From positions 192,001 to 256,000 of the forward strand of contig JAOPTT010000004.1 of the NCBI GenBank assembly GCA_051531975.1: a DNA stretch of 64,000 bases, written 5' to 3'. Below the pieces are notes generated by a model. It had not been told where the DNA came from. It saw only the letters and a program-made list of their open reading frames with translations, and did not search any database. Shown here in pieces: positions 20,214 to 29,959 of this stretch. The translations under genes were made by a program, and so were the position numbers. This DNA is from Spirochaetaceae bacterium (lineage in GTDB: Bacteria; Spirochaetota; Spirochaetia; DSM-2461). Each line of letters begins with the position of its first letter. The first letter of the stretch is position 1.

Positions 20214-21131
20214 ATGAATAACATAAAGGTAAAAAATAGCACATTAATTATTCCTGAAATATCATTAGGATGTATGAGAATATCAGATATGGCAATTCCA
20301 GAAGTAAATAAGTTAATAAACAGGTCATTAGATTGTGGTATCAATTTTTTTGATCACGCGGATATTTATGGTGGAGGAAAGTCCGAGGAAGTATTTTCTA
20401 AAGCGATTGGAATGAATGCTGAAATACGAGAAAAGATGATAATTCAATCAAAATGTGGAATCAGAAAAGGTTTTTTTGATTTTTCTAAAGAGCACATCTT
20501 AGATTCTGTTGATGGTATCTTAAAAAGATTAAATACAGAATATTTAGATGTTTTGTTACTGCATAGACCAGATACTTTAGTTGAACCTGAGGAAGTTGGT
20601 GAAGCTTTCGATATTTTAGAGAAGAGTGGTAAAGTTAAAAACTTTGGTGTTAGTAATCAGAATCCAATGCAAATAGAGTTATTAAAAAAATCAGTTAACC
20701 AGAGTTTAATTTTTAATCAGCTACAGCTAAGTATAAAAAGAACAGGAATGATAGATTCTGGTCTAAATGTAAATATGAAAGTTGATAACTCTGTGGATCA
20801 CGATGGAAGCATTTTAGATTATTGCAGATTAAATGATATAACAATCCAAGCATGGTCTCCATTTCAGTTTGGTTTCTTTGAAGGTGTGTTTTTAAATAAT
20901 AGCAAGTTTCCTGAACTTAATATTGTTATTGATAAACTTGCAGATAAATATGCTGTGACAAATTCTGCAATTGCTGTAGCGTGGATTTTACGACATCCTG
21001 CAAAAATACAGACTATAATAGGTACTACAAATGCACAAAGAGTAGAAGATATGAGTAAAGCATCTAATTTTAAATTAACCAGAGAGGAGTGGTATAATAT
21101 TTACACTGCTGCAGGTAATGTATTACCTTAA
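20214..21131 (+). CDS. Aldo/keto reductase (YdhF/YcsN-like)
   Basis: LGCMR, DHADIYG, LLHRPD, GVSN, QAWSP, WILRHP; AGGAG RBS before ATG 20214. Confidence 0.9.
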   Translation: MNNIKVKNSTLIIPEISLGCMRISDMAIPEVNKLINRSLDCGINFFDHADIYGGGKSEEVFSKAIGMNAEIREKMIIQSKCGIRKGFFDFSKEHILDSVDGILKRLNTEYLDVLLLHRPDTLVEPEEVGEAFDILEKSGKVKNFGVSNQNPMQIELLKKSVNQSLIFNQLQLSIKRTGMIDSGLNVNMKVDNSVDHDGSILDYCRLNDITIQAWSPFQFGFFEGVFLNNSKFPELNIVIDKLADKYAVTNSAIAVAWILRHPAKIQTIIGTTNAQRVEDMSKASNFKLTREEWYNIYTAAGNVLP

Positions 21132-21342
21132 AATTTAAATATTTCAACAACGCTACCATAATTTATAATATCTTTAATAGTAGAGTAAGGTTTCTTAATA
21201 AAACATATCAGACTCATTTACTCTGCTATTGACTTGTGAGTTTAATTGATATATTTTTATTGTATCTGAGTTTTGGCCTAGGCCGGACAAGGATTCTAAA
21301 TCAATCTGAACCTAAGGATTATCTGAAGGTTAAGGAGAAAAT

Positions 21343-22710
21343 ATGTTTCTAGATATAGAAAGACTAAAAAGTCTATCTAACCAAAGTGGTGTATCCCAAG
21401 CTGAACTTGAAAGGGTTTTAAACAAAGCAAAAGAGTTAAAAGGCTTAGATGTAACAGAAGTTGCAATGTTATTAGCCGTAGAGTCAAAAGAACAGATTCA
21501 AATGTTATTAGAAACTGCCGCTGTTGTAAAAAAAGAGATCTATGGAAATAGAATGGTTCTTTTTGCCCCTCTGTACACTGGTAATCATTGTAGTAATAAC
21601 TGCCTATATTGTGGTTTTCGGGCTGCGAACACAGACCTTAAAAGAGTAACTTTAGACAGATCAGATATTATAACAGAGACTGAATCTTTAATAAAAGAAG
21701 GTCATAAAAGAGTTCTTTTATTATGTGGTGAGTCTCATAAAACTCCATTAGATAATACATTAGCTGCATTAGAAGCTGTATATTCTGCTAGGGTTGGAGA
21801 TCAAGGAATCAAAAGAATCAATGTTGAGATCGCTCCATTAGATGTAGATGATTTTAAGAAACTAAAAAAAGCAAATATTGGAACTTATACATGTTTTCAG
21901 GAAACATATGACCCTGAATTATATAAAGAGTATCATCCTACAGGTAAAAAAGCAGACTATGATTATCGTCTTAATGTAATGCACAGAGCAATGGAAGGTG
22001 GAATTGACGATGTAGGTATTGGAGTACTATTTGGTTTAGCAGATTATAAGTTTGAAGTTCTATCAATAATTGAGCATGCTAAAGAGTTGGAAGATAAATA
22101 TGGATGTGGACCACATACAGTAAGTGTTCCAAGAATTGAACCAGCTCCAGGAGCACCTTTAACAGAAAATATACCATTCCCAGTATCAGATGATGATTTT
22201 AGAAAAATAATATCCATAGTTAGAATGGCTATGCCATATACTGGAATAATTTTATCTACCAGAGAGGACCAAGAGTTAAGAACTGAACTTATGAAGTATG
22301 GTGTTTCTCAGGTTTCTGCAGGTTCAAAAACAAGCCCAGGTGGTTATTCTGAATCTAAAGATAATATGCAGTTTAGTTTAGGTGACCACAGAAGTTTAGA
22401 AGAGGTTATCTCAGACATGACGGATGCTGGTTATATTCCTTCTTTCTGTACCGGTTGTTATCGTAAAGGTAGAGTTGGTGGAGACTTTATGGATTTAGCA
22501 AAACCAGGGCTAATTAAAAAATACTGTGTTCCAAATGGTTTAACTAGTTACTCAGAATATTTACACGATTATGCATCGGAAGAGACAAAAGTTAAAGGTT
22601 TAAAACTTATAGCTAAATTAGCAGAAGAGATTCCATTCCCAGATGTTAAAGTTAAAACTAAAGAGAGTTTAGTAGATATTGAGACAGGAACAAGGGATAT
22701 ATATTTATGA
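21343..22710 (+). CDS. hydG: [FeFe]-hydrogenase H-cluster radical SAM maturase HydG
   Basis: CSNNCLYC, FQETY, GPHTVSVPR, C-terminal CX2CX22C auxiliary cluster motif (CTGC...C); operon context. Confidence 0.95.
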   Translation: MFLDIERLKSLSNQSGVSQAELERVLNKAKELKGLDVTEVAMLLAVESKEQIQMLLETAAVVKKEIYGNRMVLFAPLYTGNHCSNNCLYCGFRAANTDLKRVTLDRSDIITETESLIKEGHKRVLLLCGESHKTPLDNTLAALEAVYSARVGDQGIKRINVEIAPLDVDDFKKLKKANIGTYTCFQETYDPELYKEYHPTGKKADYDYRLNVMHRAMEGGIDDVGIGVLFGLADYKFEVLSIIEHAKELEDKYGCGPHTVSVPRIEPAPGAPLTENIPFPVSDDDFRKIISIVRMAMPYTGIILSTREDQELRTELMKYGVSQVSAGSKTSPGGYSESKDNMQFSLGDHRSLEEVISDMTDAGYIPSFCTGCYRKGRVGGDFMDLAKPGLIKKYCVPNGLTSYSEYLHDYASEETKVKGLKLIAKLAEEIPFPDVKVKTKESLVDIETGTRDIYL

Positions 22711-23723
22711 TAGATAGAAGTATCGATGATATTTTAGAATTATATAACAGACCAGATCCAGCTGATTTAATTCAGGCTGCATGGGATGTTACAACAAAGT
22801 TTCATGGAGATAATGTATATTTACGAGGACTTGTTGAATTTACAAATAAGTGTGTTATTAATTGTGAATATTGTGGTATCAGACGGGGTAATACAAATGT
22901 TAATAGATATAGTTTAGACCAAGAGACTATTGTTAATACTTGCTTAGAAGGTTTTGACAAAGGGCTTAAAACATTTGTTTTACAAGGTGGCGAAGATAAG
23001 GATATATCTGTTACTGATCTTTGTGAAACAGTAAAAGCCATTAAAAAAGCAACTAATGATGAAGCTGCAATAACTCTTAGTTTTGGGGCTAGAACTCTGG
23101 ATGAATACAGGGAAATGAAAGCTGCTGGGGCAGATAGATACCTTTTAAGGTTTGAGACTAGTGATGAAGATCTGTATTTTAAACTTCGAGGTATGCCACT
23201 TTCTGATCGGTTGCAAAATTTAGAAGATATTAGAGAGTCTGGGTTACAAGTTGGTTCAGGTTATATGACTGGATTACCAGGTGAAACAGAAGAGATTCGA
23301 ATAAATAATGCCCTGTTATGTCACAAGTTAAAGCTTGATATGGTGGGTATTGGACCATTTATCCCCTCTGATGAGACTCCATTAAAAGGTTCCCCTCAAG
23401 AACCTATAGATTTCGCTATTAAAGGTACTGCACTTTTAAGACTGTTATTACCTAAAGCACACATTCCTGCAACAACTGCGGCGGGTTCTTTAAAGCCTAC
23501 TGGGCGAGAAGATATGATAAAAGCAGGGGCAAATGTTATGATGCCTAACTTAACACCTATTAGTGTAAAAAAAGATTATCTACTCTATCCGGGTAAAATA
23601 TGTCTAGACGATACAGGAACACAGTGCATCGGTTGTATGGGTATGCGTGTTAAAAGTGTAGGTCGGGAAATAAATTTTTCCAGAGCAGATGCTTTAAGAC
23701 TAGAGGCTGCCCAAAATGGCTGA
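22707..23723 (+). CDS. hydE: [FeFe]-hydrogenase radical SAM maturase HydE
   Basis: RGLVEFTNKCVINCEYC, GIGPFIP, PATTA, GANVMMPN, YLLYPGK; ATGA overlap with hydG. Confidence 0.93.
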   Translation: MIDRSIDDILELYNRPDPADLIQAAWDVTTKFHGDNVYLRGLVEFTNKCVINCEYCGIRRGNTNVNRYSLDQETIVNTCLEGFDKGLKTFVLQGGEDKDISVTDLCETVKAIKKATNDEAAITLSFGARTLDEYREMKAAGADRYLLRFETSDEDLYFKLRGMPLSDRLQNLEDIRESGLQVGSGYMTGLPGETEEIRINNALLCHKLKLDMVGIGPFIPSDETPLKGSPQEPIDFAIKGTALLRLLLPKAHIPATTAAGSLKPTGREDMIKAGANVMMPNLTPISVKKDYLLYPGKICLDDTGTQCIGCMGMRVKSVGREINFSRADALRLEAAQNG

Positions 23724-25032
23724 TTTTATTGGTACTGAAACTTCAAAAGCTGTAAATAACTGGGGCCGTAGTTCAACCCCAGAGTGTTTAATAAAAGCTT
23801 ATGCTCAGGTAAAAAAAGCCGCACTTATGGCTATTGCAGAGATAGGGCATTTAGAACACCATTTAGTAATTTTTGAAGTTTTAGATGAGATAATAGAAGG
23901 CAAACATAATAATCTTTTTGTACTTCCACTTAAACAGGGAGGAGCTGGGACCAGTCTGAATATGAATCTGAACGAGGTCATTACCCATTTAGTGAACAGT
24001 AGGGTAGGGGCAAATACATTAGATTCATTAGAGGATATTAACAGATACCAATCAACAAACGATACTTTTAATACTGCTGTAACTATAGTTTTTTTACAGC
24101 ACTTAGATTATATAGAAAAAATGGTTATAGAGCTCCAGGAACTGTTTGTCCAGAAGGAAACTTCATATTCAGATCTTTTGATAACTGGACGAACAGAGAT
24201 GATGGACGCACTACCTATGACATTAGGCCAGGTTTTTTCATCCTATGCAGGTTCTATCCAGAGAGACAGATGGCGGTTTAATAAAATTAAAGAGAGGGTA
24301 AGACCTTCTGTTTTAGGTGGTACAGCAATAGGCACATGTTTTTCTGCACCTGCTAAATATCTATTTGCAGCCGAGAAACATTTACGTGTTATAACTGGGT
24401 TATCTCTTCCTAGAAGTCAGAACCTAACTTCGGATATTTCTATGGCAGATAAGTATGTCGAAGCATCTTCTGTTTACGATACACTGTCTAATTCATTATA
24501 TAAAATTGCATCAGATTTTATTATTTATGCCTCCAAGGGTGAAATTATACATCCAGATCTACAATATGGGTCATCTATTATGCCCCTTAAGAGCAATCCT
24601 GTTTTATTAGAATTTGTAATTGGCTTATGTATAAACATTAGTTTAGAAGCTAGGAAAATTAGTGAATATTCTAGAAATGGACAATTGCAGTTAAATGCTT
24701 TTTTACCATTTATATTAGAAGCTGAGATTTCAATTTTTGAGTCATTAAAAAAAGCTATAGATTCTATTATTTTGTTTGTTAATAACTGTAAAGTTAACGA
24801 TAAAAAAATAACTGAAAACTTATTTAGTTCTAATGCAATAATTAATAGTCTAAGACCCTACTGTAAATATGACCAGCTAAAAAAGCTAGCAGTCACTGTT
24901 TCTGATAAAAGGCCTCAAAACTTAGAAGATTTAATAGCTATAATTCTTAAAAATACAAACTTAGAAGAAGAGTTTTTACACGAGTATCTGAAGCCAGGTG
25001 GTTTTACCAGCTTTTTAAAGGAGAATTTATGA
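23716..25032 (+). CDS. Aspartate ammonia-lyase/fumarase superfamily lyase (hydrogenase-maturation associated)
   Basis: QGGAGTSLNMNLNEV, QSTND, GRTEMMDA, GGTAIGT, GSSIMPLKSNP. Confidence 0.85.
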   Translation: MADFIGTETSKAVNNWGRSSTPECLIKAYAQVKKAALMAIAEIGHLEHHLVIFEVLDEIIEGKHNNLFVLPLKQGGAGTSLNMNLNEVITHLVNSRVGANTLDSLEDINRYQSTNDTFNTAVTIVFLQHLDYIEKMVIELQELFVQKETSYSDLLITGRTEMMDALPMTLGQVFSSYAGSIQRDRWRFNKIKERVRPSVLGGTAIGTCFSAPAKYLFAAEKHLRVITGLSLPRSQNLTSDISMADKYVEASSVYDTLSNSLYKIASDFIIYASKGEIIHPDLQYGSSIMPLKSNPVLLEFVIGLCINISLEARKISEYSRNGQLQLNAFLPFILEAEISIFESLKKAIDSIILFVNNCKVNDKKITENLFSSNAIINSLRPYCKYDQLKKLAVTVSDKRPQNLEDLIAIILKNTNLEEEFLHEYLKPGGFTSFLKENL

Positions 25033-26219
25033 GTACAGCCCTAGCAGAATCGAAAAGAATAGTTATTACAGGTCTAAGAAATGCAGGTAAAAGTTCTATT
25101 ATGAATAACCTTTTTGAGAGAAACGTATCCATAGTATCTGATACACCTGGAACAACAACAGATCCTGTTACCAGGAAAATAGAGCTTGGTGAATTAGGGC
25201 CATGTGCTATCTCAGATACTGCTGGACTAGATGAATCCGGGGATTTAGGTCTTCAGAGGAAAGATAAAAGTTTAGAGAGATTAAAAACCTCTGATATTGT
25301 AATATTTGTTACAAGAGCAGATACACCAATAAGCCATGACGAGACAAAGATTTTAAATCAGATTGTTTTAGAAAAAAAACCATTTGTATTTGTATTAACA
25401 TGTACAGACTTAAAACATAACCCTGGGAAAACAGAGTGGGCTGGGGATTATAAATATATTGGAACCGATAACAGTGGAGCTGGCTTAAAAGAACTTAAAA
25501 AAAGATTAAGTAATCTAAAGTTAGAAAAAAATCATGAATTAACTCCAGTTGAAGGTTTGGTTTCAGAAGGTGATTTTGTAATATTAGTAACTCCTATAGA
25601 TTTAGCAGCTCCTAAAGGTCGATTAATTATGCCACAAGTAGAAACAATAAGAGACTTGTTGGATAGAGATTGTGCAACCCTAGTTGTTAAAGAGAGGGAG
25701 TTAAAGCAATTTTATGATAATTTAGGTATAAAACCCAAATTAGTAATAACTGATAGCCAAGCATTTGCAGAAGTTGCAGCTGACCTTCCTCCAGATCAAC
25801 CATTAACGTCATTTTCAATTCTATTTGCTAGAAAAAAAGGTGATCTTGGACAATTTATAGAAGGTGTAAACGCTATAGAAAACACTCCTAAAAATGCAAA
25901 AATCCTGGTTATGGAGTCTTGTGCACATCATAAACAGGCTGATGATATAGGAACAGTAAAAATACCTAGACTTTTTAAACAATTAGTAAGACAAGATGTT
26001 ATATTCGATTTCACACGGAAAATGCCCTCGAATGATGAACTAAAAGAGTATTATATGGTTATTCATTGTGGTGGTTGTATGATCACATCTAATGTGATGT
26101 TAGATAGAATGTCTATTGTTAAACAAAACAATACTTACATAACTAACTATGGCCTGTTTTTAGGTTGGGTTAATGGTGTATTACCTAGAGCATTGGAACC
26201 ATTTAAAAAAATTAAATAG
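25029..26219 (+). CDS. hydF: [FeFe]-hydrogenase maturation GTPase HydF
   Basis: GLRNAGKSS, GTTTDPV, DTAG, APKGRLIMPQV, TDSQ, ESCAHH and HCGGC cluster ligands. Confidence 0.95.
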   Translation: MSTALAESKRIVITGLRNAGKSSIMNNLFERNVSIVSDTPGTTTDPVTRKIELGELGPCAISDTAGLDESGDLGLQRKDKSLERLKTSDIVIFVTRADTPISHDETKILNQIVLEKKPFVFVLTCTDLKHNPGKTEWAGDYKYIGTDNSGAGLKELKKRLSNLKLEKNHELTPVEGLVSEGDFVILVTPIDLAAPKGRLIMPQVETIRDLLDRDCATLVVKERELKQFYDNLGIKPKLVITDSQAFAEVAADLPPDQPLTSFSILFARKKGDLGQFIEGVNAIENTPKNAKILVMESCAHHKQADDIGTVKIPRLFKQLVRQDVIFDFTRKMPSNDELKEYYMVIHCGGCMITSNVMLDRMSIVKQNNTYITNYGLFLGWVNGVLPRALEPFKKIK

Positions 26220-26264
26220 ATTGATTTTTGCATTGGTTTCACTATACTAATAATAGGAGTTCCA

Positions 26265-27566
26265 ATGTTTCATCACAAATATAAAATAAAATTACTATTA
26301 ATAGCTTTAACAATACTATTTTCCTCTTGTACTACATATAGGGCAAATATGCATCTATTAAAACAATCACCTAAAGTTAAGGCAGACTTTCTTTTTGAGG
26401 AAGCTGTATATTTATATGATACTGAATTCCTAGTAAATAGAGATTTTAAATCAGCTAAACGTGTAAGACAGTATTTCTCAGATGTAGTACAACTTGATCC
26501 AAAAAATACAATATCTCAAGAATATGTTGATGATTTAGATCTGTTTACATCTGAACTATTTGATTCCAATATGGAGATAGCTAGGCTTCTATCAGGATTA
26601 GAAGGCCGGTCTTCAGATGAAGACTTCCAGTTAGTGTTAGCAGTTATGACCCTATCTGAATCTGGTAGAAAAGATGAAGAACTTAAAATATTAAAAAAAT
26701 ATATTAAAGAACTTAAACCAGTAGTAATACTTGGACATGCTGAACAAATTACTGATTTAGAACCTCAAGTATATTCAGAAGAGGAATACGAACCACTAAT
26801 TGAGATACTAATAAAACTTAAGAAATATTTAAGAGAGTTAAACCAGATAGATCCTAAAAATAAGGTCTATTTATCAACAAATGAAAATGTAGAATCCTTT
26901 ATTGAATCTCTTACTTTTGATGATATCGTAGATGCAGAGGATAAGATTTTTAATAAACTGTATATTGAAGCAGAGTTAGTTGTTAGAAGATTAGAACGAA
27001 GGCACCAGGTTGTATTTGGGATCTCCAGTGATCTTATATTAAATACTAAGTATGATCTTTTTTATGAATGGAGTCTGGAACTTTATAGTAAGAAAAATTA
27101 TAAGACAGCAAAAAATATACTTGCATTGGCAATTGATATTGAAGCCAGTCCAGAAGCAGGTGAGTTATCAAATAAAATTGAATCAAAACTTGTAGTTAAG
27201 GTTGTTAAGAAAACTATAACTCCTAAAAAAATAGATTATGACTCACAAATTGATGAAATAATATTAGGAATAGATCAGAGTATATCTAAGAATAATTTTA
27301 AATCTGCCCAAAATAGTATTAATCAGAATTTATCTAGATTAAAGATTCAGAAAAATAAAAATAGTCTACTACAGAGAACTAATACTATAAAAAGAAAAGT
27401 AAAGATAATGTATCAAGATGCAATATCATTTTATAATGAAGAAGATTATGCCTCTGCTTTAGAAAACCTAAAAATAATTACAGAATACGATATAAGGTAT
27501 GAACAAGCAAAAGCTTATTATGACAGAGTTAAAACAAAACTTAATGCACTATCTGGTTCTAACTAG
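26265..27566 (+). CDS. Alpha-helical (TPR-like) lipoprotein
   Basis: Lipobox LFSSC; TPR-like repeats (LDPKN; YNEEDYASALENLK...YEQAKAY); AGGAG RBS. Confidence 0.6.
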   Translation: MFHHKYKIKLLLIALTILFSSCTTYRANMHLLKQSPKVKADFLFEEAVYLYDTEFLVNRDFKSAKRVRQYFSDVVQLDPKNTISQEYVDDLDLFTSELFDSNMEIARLLSGLEGRSSDEDFQLVLAVMTLSESGRKDEELKILKKYIKELKPVVILGHAEQITDLEPQVYSEEEYEPLIEILIKLKKYLRELNQIDPKNKVYLSTNENVESFIESLTFDDIVDAEDKIFNKLYIEAELVVRRLERRHQVVFGISSDLILNTKYDLFYEWSLELYSKKNYKTAKNILALAIDIEASPEAGELSNKIESKLVVKVVKKTITPKKIDYDSQIDEIILGIDQSISKNNFKSAQNSINQNLSRLKIQKNKNSLLQRTNTIKRKVKIMYQDAISFYNEEDYASALENLKIITEYDIRYEQAKAYYDRVKTKLNALSGSN

Positions 27567-27574
27567 GAGATCAC

Positions 27575-29788
27575 ATGGATATAAAAAATAAAATATTAGA
27601 TTTTTCTGTTGCCCTAATCCCCCTTATATGGTTTTTTATGCCAATAGCATTAGGGCCTGTATCTAGTGGTATAGTCTTTTCAGCGTTCTCACTACCAGTT
27701 GGTTTTCTAGGTTTATTACCTGGTACCATTTATGGGTTTATGTTATATCTGATATACCTAATCCCGCTCTTTTCAATTATAAGAATTACTACGACATTGT
27801 TAGTAAAGAAGATTCACTTTTTTACTATATTTAAACCTCTGTTTTTTACAATAGCACTATTTTTTATATCTCTGATTATGTTATATAGTGCAATTATACC
27901 TATTTTAATGTTTGCTGAGACAAGGGAATATTTTGATACCATGTCGATAACTAGTATTATACTCATCTTGATTTCCTTTATACTAAACGTCCTGTCTGTT
28001 ACTCAGTTTGTAATAATAATTAATAAAAATAACAGTTCATATAATGAATATGTTGGTTTTAAGGCAAACCAGAAACTGGACAAAGTTAGAAATTTGAATT
28101 TTTTTAATAAGATCAGATCTAAACTTCTAATATCCTTTATTGGGATTATCTCTTTAATTCTTCTGATTATGAGCACACAATTATTAAACAACTATAAAAC
28201 GACTCTTCTAAAGGCCATAGGTGATGGAGCAAAAAGTCAGGTTGAACAAACTGCAGCAATTTATAGGATTAATTTAGGTGATAATATAGCCCTTTTTGAG
28301 TATTTTAATAGACAGGTAGAGTTAAATGAAAAGGCTAATTTTAAGTATGATAACTTATCAATTTATACAAACCTAAAAGAAGGTGTATATATTGATGCTA
28401 TAGAAAATGCTTTTCCAGATTATCCTATTGAATACTCTACTCTCTCTTTAGGTGTTCGTTATCCAGATATAGGTTTAATATCAGGAGATCTTGCTAGAGA
28501 GTATCTAAGCCACTATTCTGAGGTTAATACAACGTATAGTTTTATCGAACCTGGTCAGTTTAAGTATATAAGCCCAATAATAAAAATAGACACTATTAAA
28601 AATGGAGATGAAAAGATTAAAAAGTCTAGGCTTTTAGGATTTTCCATCATGACTTTTAGTGAAGATGTTATAATGAAACCTTATTTTAAAATAAGAAATC
28701 TAGTTATGGTTATGACATTTGTATTTATATACTTATCAATAATTTTAACTCTGCTTGTTGGTAACTATATTGTTAATCCAATACTCTATTTAAGAATGAA
28801 TGTTAGAAAAGTTTCAGATATATTATCTCAAATGATAAAAGGTGAACAAAGGATCTCTTCAACCTCCTTAGTTTTTAACGATAACATCTCAAGTAAAGAT
28901 GAGATAAAGACTTTATCCTCTGAGATAGAAAATATGGTTACCATTATCAGAGGTATCGTTCCATATATCTCAGCTTCAACGTTAAAGCAAGCTGAAACTG
29001 GAGCTTCATCAAGTAAACAAAAGGATTTAGCCTTTTTATTTACAGATATTAGAGGTTTTACAACTCTGTGCGAAGGTATGGAACCAGATGAAGTTGTTGG
29101 TGTTCTAAACCAGTATTTAGATTTAGAAACCGAGATAATAATTAACAATCATGGAGATGTTGATAAATTTGTCGGTGATGAAATGATGGCCTTTTTTGAG
29201 GGACCAGATAGGGAAGCTAATGCATGTCGTGCTGCAATGGAAATTCGATCTGCAATGATGAATGAGAAAGATCGAAGAGAAAAAGCGGGACTTACTGTTG
29301 TTAGTATAGGTATAGGAATTAATACTGGTCCTGTTGTCTTTGGTTCTGTTGGAGCTAAAGATAGAATGGACTTTACCTCGATAGGTGACACTGTTAATCT
29401 TGCTGCAAGGCTTGAAGGTGCTAATAAAGCTTATGGCTCTAAGTCTTTAATTTCAGAGGCTGTTTATACCCAGGTTAAGGATATCTTTTTATGTAGAGAG
29501 TTAGACTCTATAACTGTAAAAGGTAAAAATAAACCCGTACGGATCTATGAAATACTGCAAGAGCATAAAAATGCGATACCTAAGATTTTTGAACTTAAAG
29601 AGCTATTTGAGTCTGGTTTAGTTGAATATAGACAAAAAAATTGGGATGCCGCGAAGGTTCATTTTGAAAAAAATATAGAGTTATACCATGACGCACCATC
29701 TAAAGTTTTCTTAGACCGTGTTAACCATTTTAGTAAAAATCCTCCTGCCGCTGATTGGGATGGTGTATTTAGGATGACAATAAAATAG
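27575..29788 (+). CDS. Membrane-bound class III adenylate cyclase
   Basis: Several N-terminal TMs, extracytoplasmic loop, HAMP-like segment, FTDIRGFT, DKFVGDE, IGDTVNLAARLEG, VKGK; C-terminal TPR-like tail ending WDGVF. Confidence 0.9.
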   Translation: MDIKNKILDFSVALIPLIWFFMPIALGPVSSGIVFSAFSLPVGFLGLLPGTIYGFMLYLIYLIPLFSIIRITTTLLVKKIHFFTIFKPLFFTIALFFISLIMLYSAIIPILMFAETREYFDTMSITSIILILISFILNVLSVTQFVIIINKNNSSYNEYVGFKANQKLDKVRNLNFFNKIRSKLLISFIGIISLILLIMSTQLLNNYKTTLLKAIGDGAKSQVEQTAAIYRINLGDNIALFEYFNRQVELNEKANFKYDNLSIYTNLKEGVYIDAIENAFPDYPIEYSTLSLGVRYPDIGLISGDLAREYLSHYSEVNTTYSFIEPGQFKYISPIIKIDTIKNGDEKIKKSRLLGFSIMTFSEDVIMKPYFKIRNLVMVMTFVFIYLSIILTLLVGNYIVNPILYLRMNVRKVSDILSQMIKGEQRISSTSLVFNDNISSKDEIKTLSSEIENMVTIIRGIVPYISASTLKQAETGASSSKQKDLAFLFTDIRGFTTLCEGMEPDEVVGVLNQYLDLETEIIINNHGDVDKFVGDEMMAFFEGPDREANACRAAMEIRSAMMNEKDRREKAGLTVVSIGIGINTGPVVFGSVGAKDRMDFTSIGDTVNLAARLEGANKAYGSKSLISEAVYTQVKDIFLCRELDSITVKGKNKPVRIYEILQEHKNAIPKIFELKELFESGLVEYRQKNWDAAKVHFEKNIELYHDAPSKVFLDRVNHFSKNPPAADWDGVFRMTIK

Positions 29789-29899
29789 ACATCAATTATT
29801 TTAATTGTAATATTAATTCTCAAAATAAAAAAATAACAGTTCAATGGAATAAATTTTAGATATTTTATACGATGAAACAGGTTTAGATATCTTTATTTC

Positions 29900-29954
29900 T
29901 CCCACAATTAACTTAAAATTACCGTCTATAACTATGAGTAGCCCATGATATTAT
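29900..29954 (+). promoter_or_regulatory. Activator direct-repeat site plus extended -10 (GH95 promoter)
   Basis: TCCCAC-N15-ACCGTC-N19-TGATATTAT; the most degenerate of the five copies. Confidence 0.5.
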
Positions 29955-29959
29955 TTTAT

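Noticed and set aside
21260..21335. TPP riboswitch upstream of a ThiH-like gene
   Set aside because: CTGAG and GAACCT...GAAGG fragments resemble TPP elements, but their order and the P2/P3/P5 stems do not fit. The gene is HydG (CX2CX22C motif, hydE/hydF context), not ThiH.
25380..25410. HydF inactivation from the G4 variant TCTD instead of NKxD
   Set aside because: The specificity Asp, P-loop, switch motifs and cluster ligands are intact, so it is more likely a tolerated variant.
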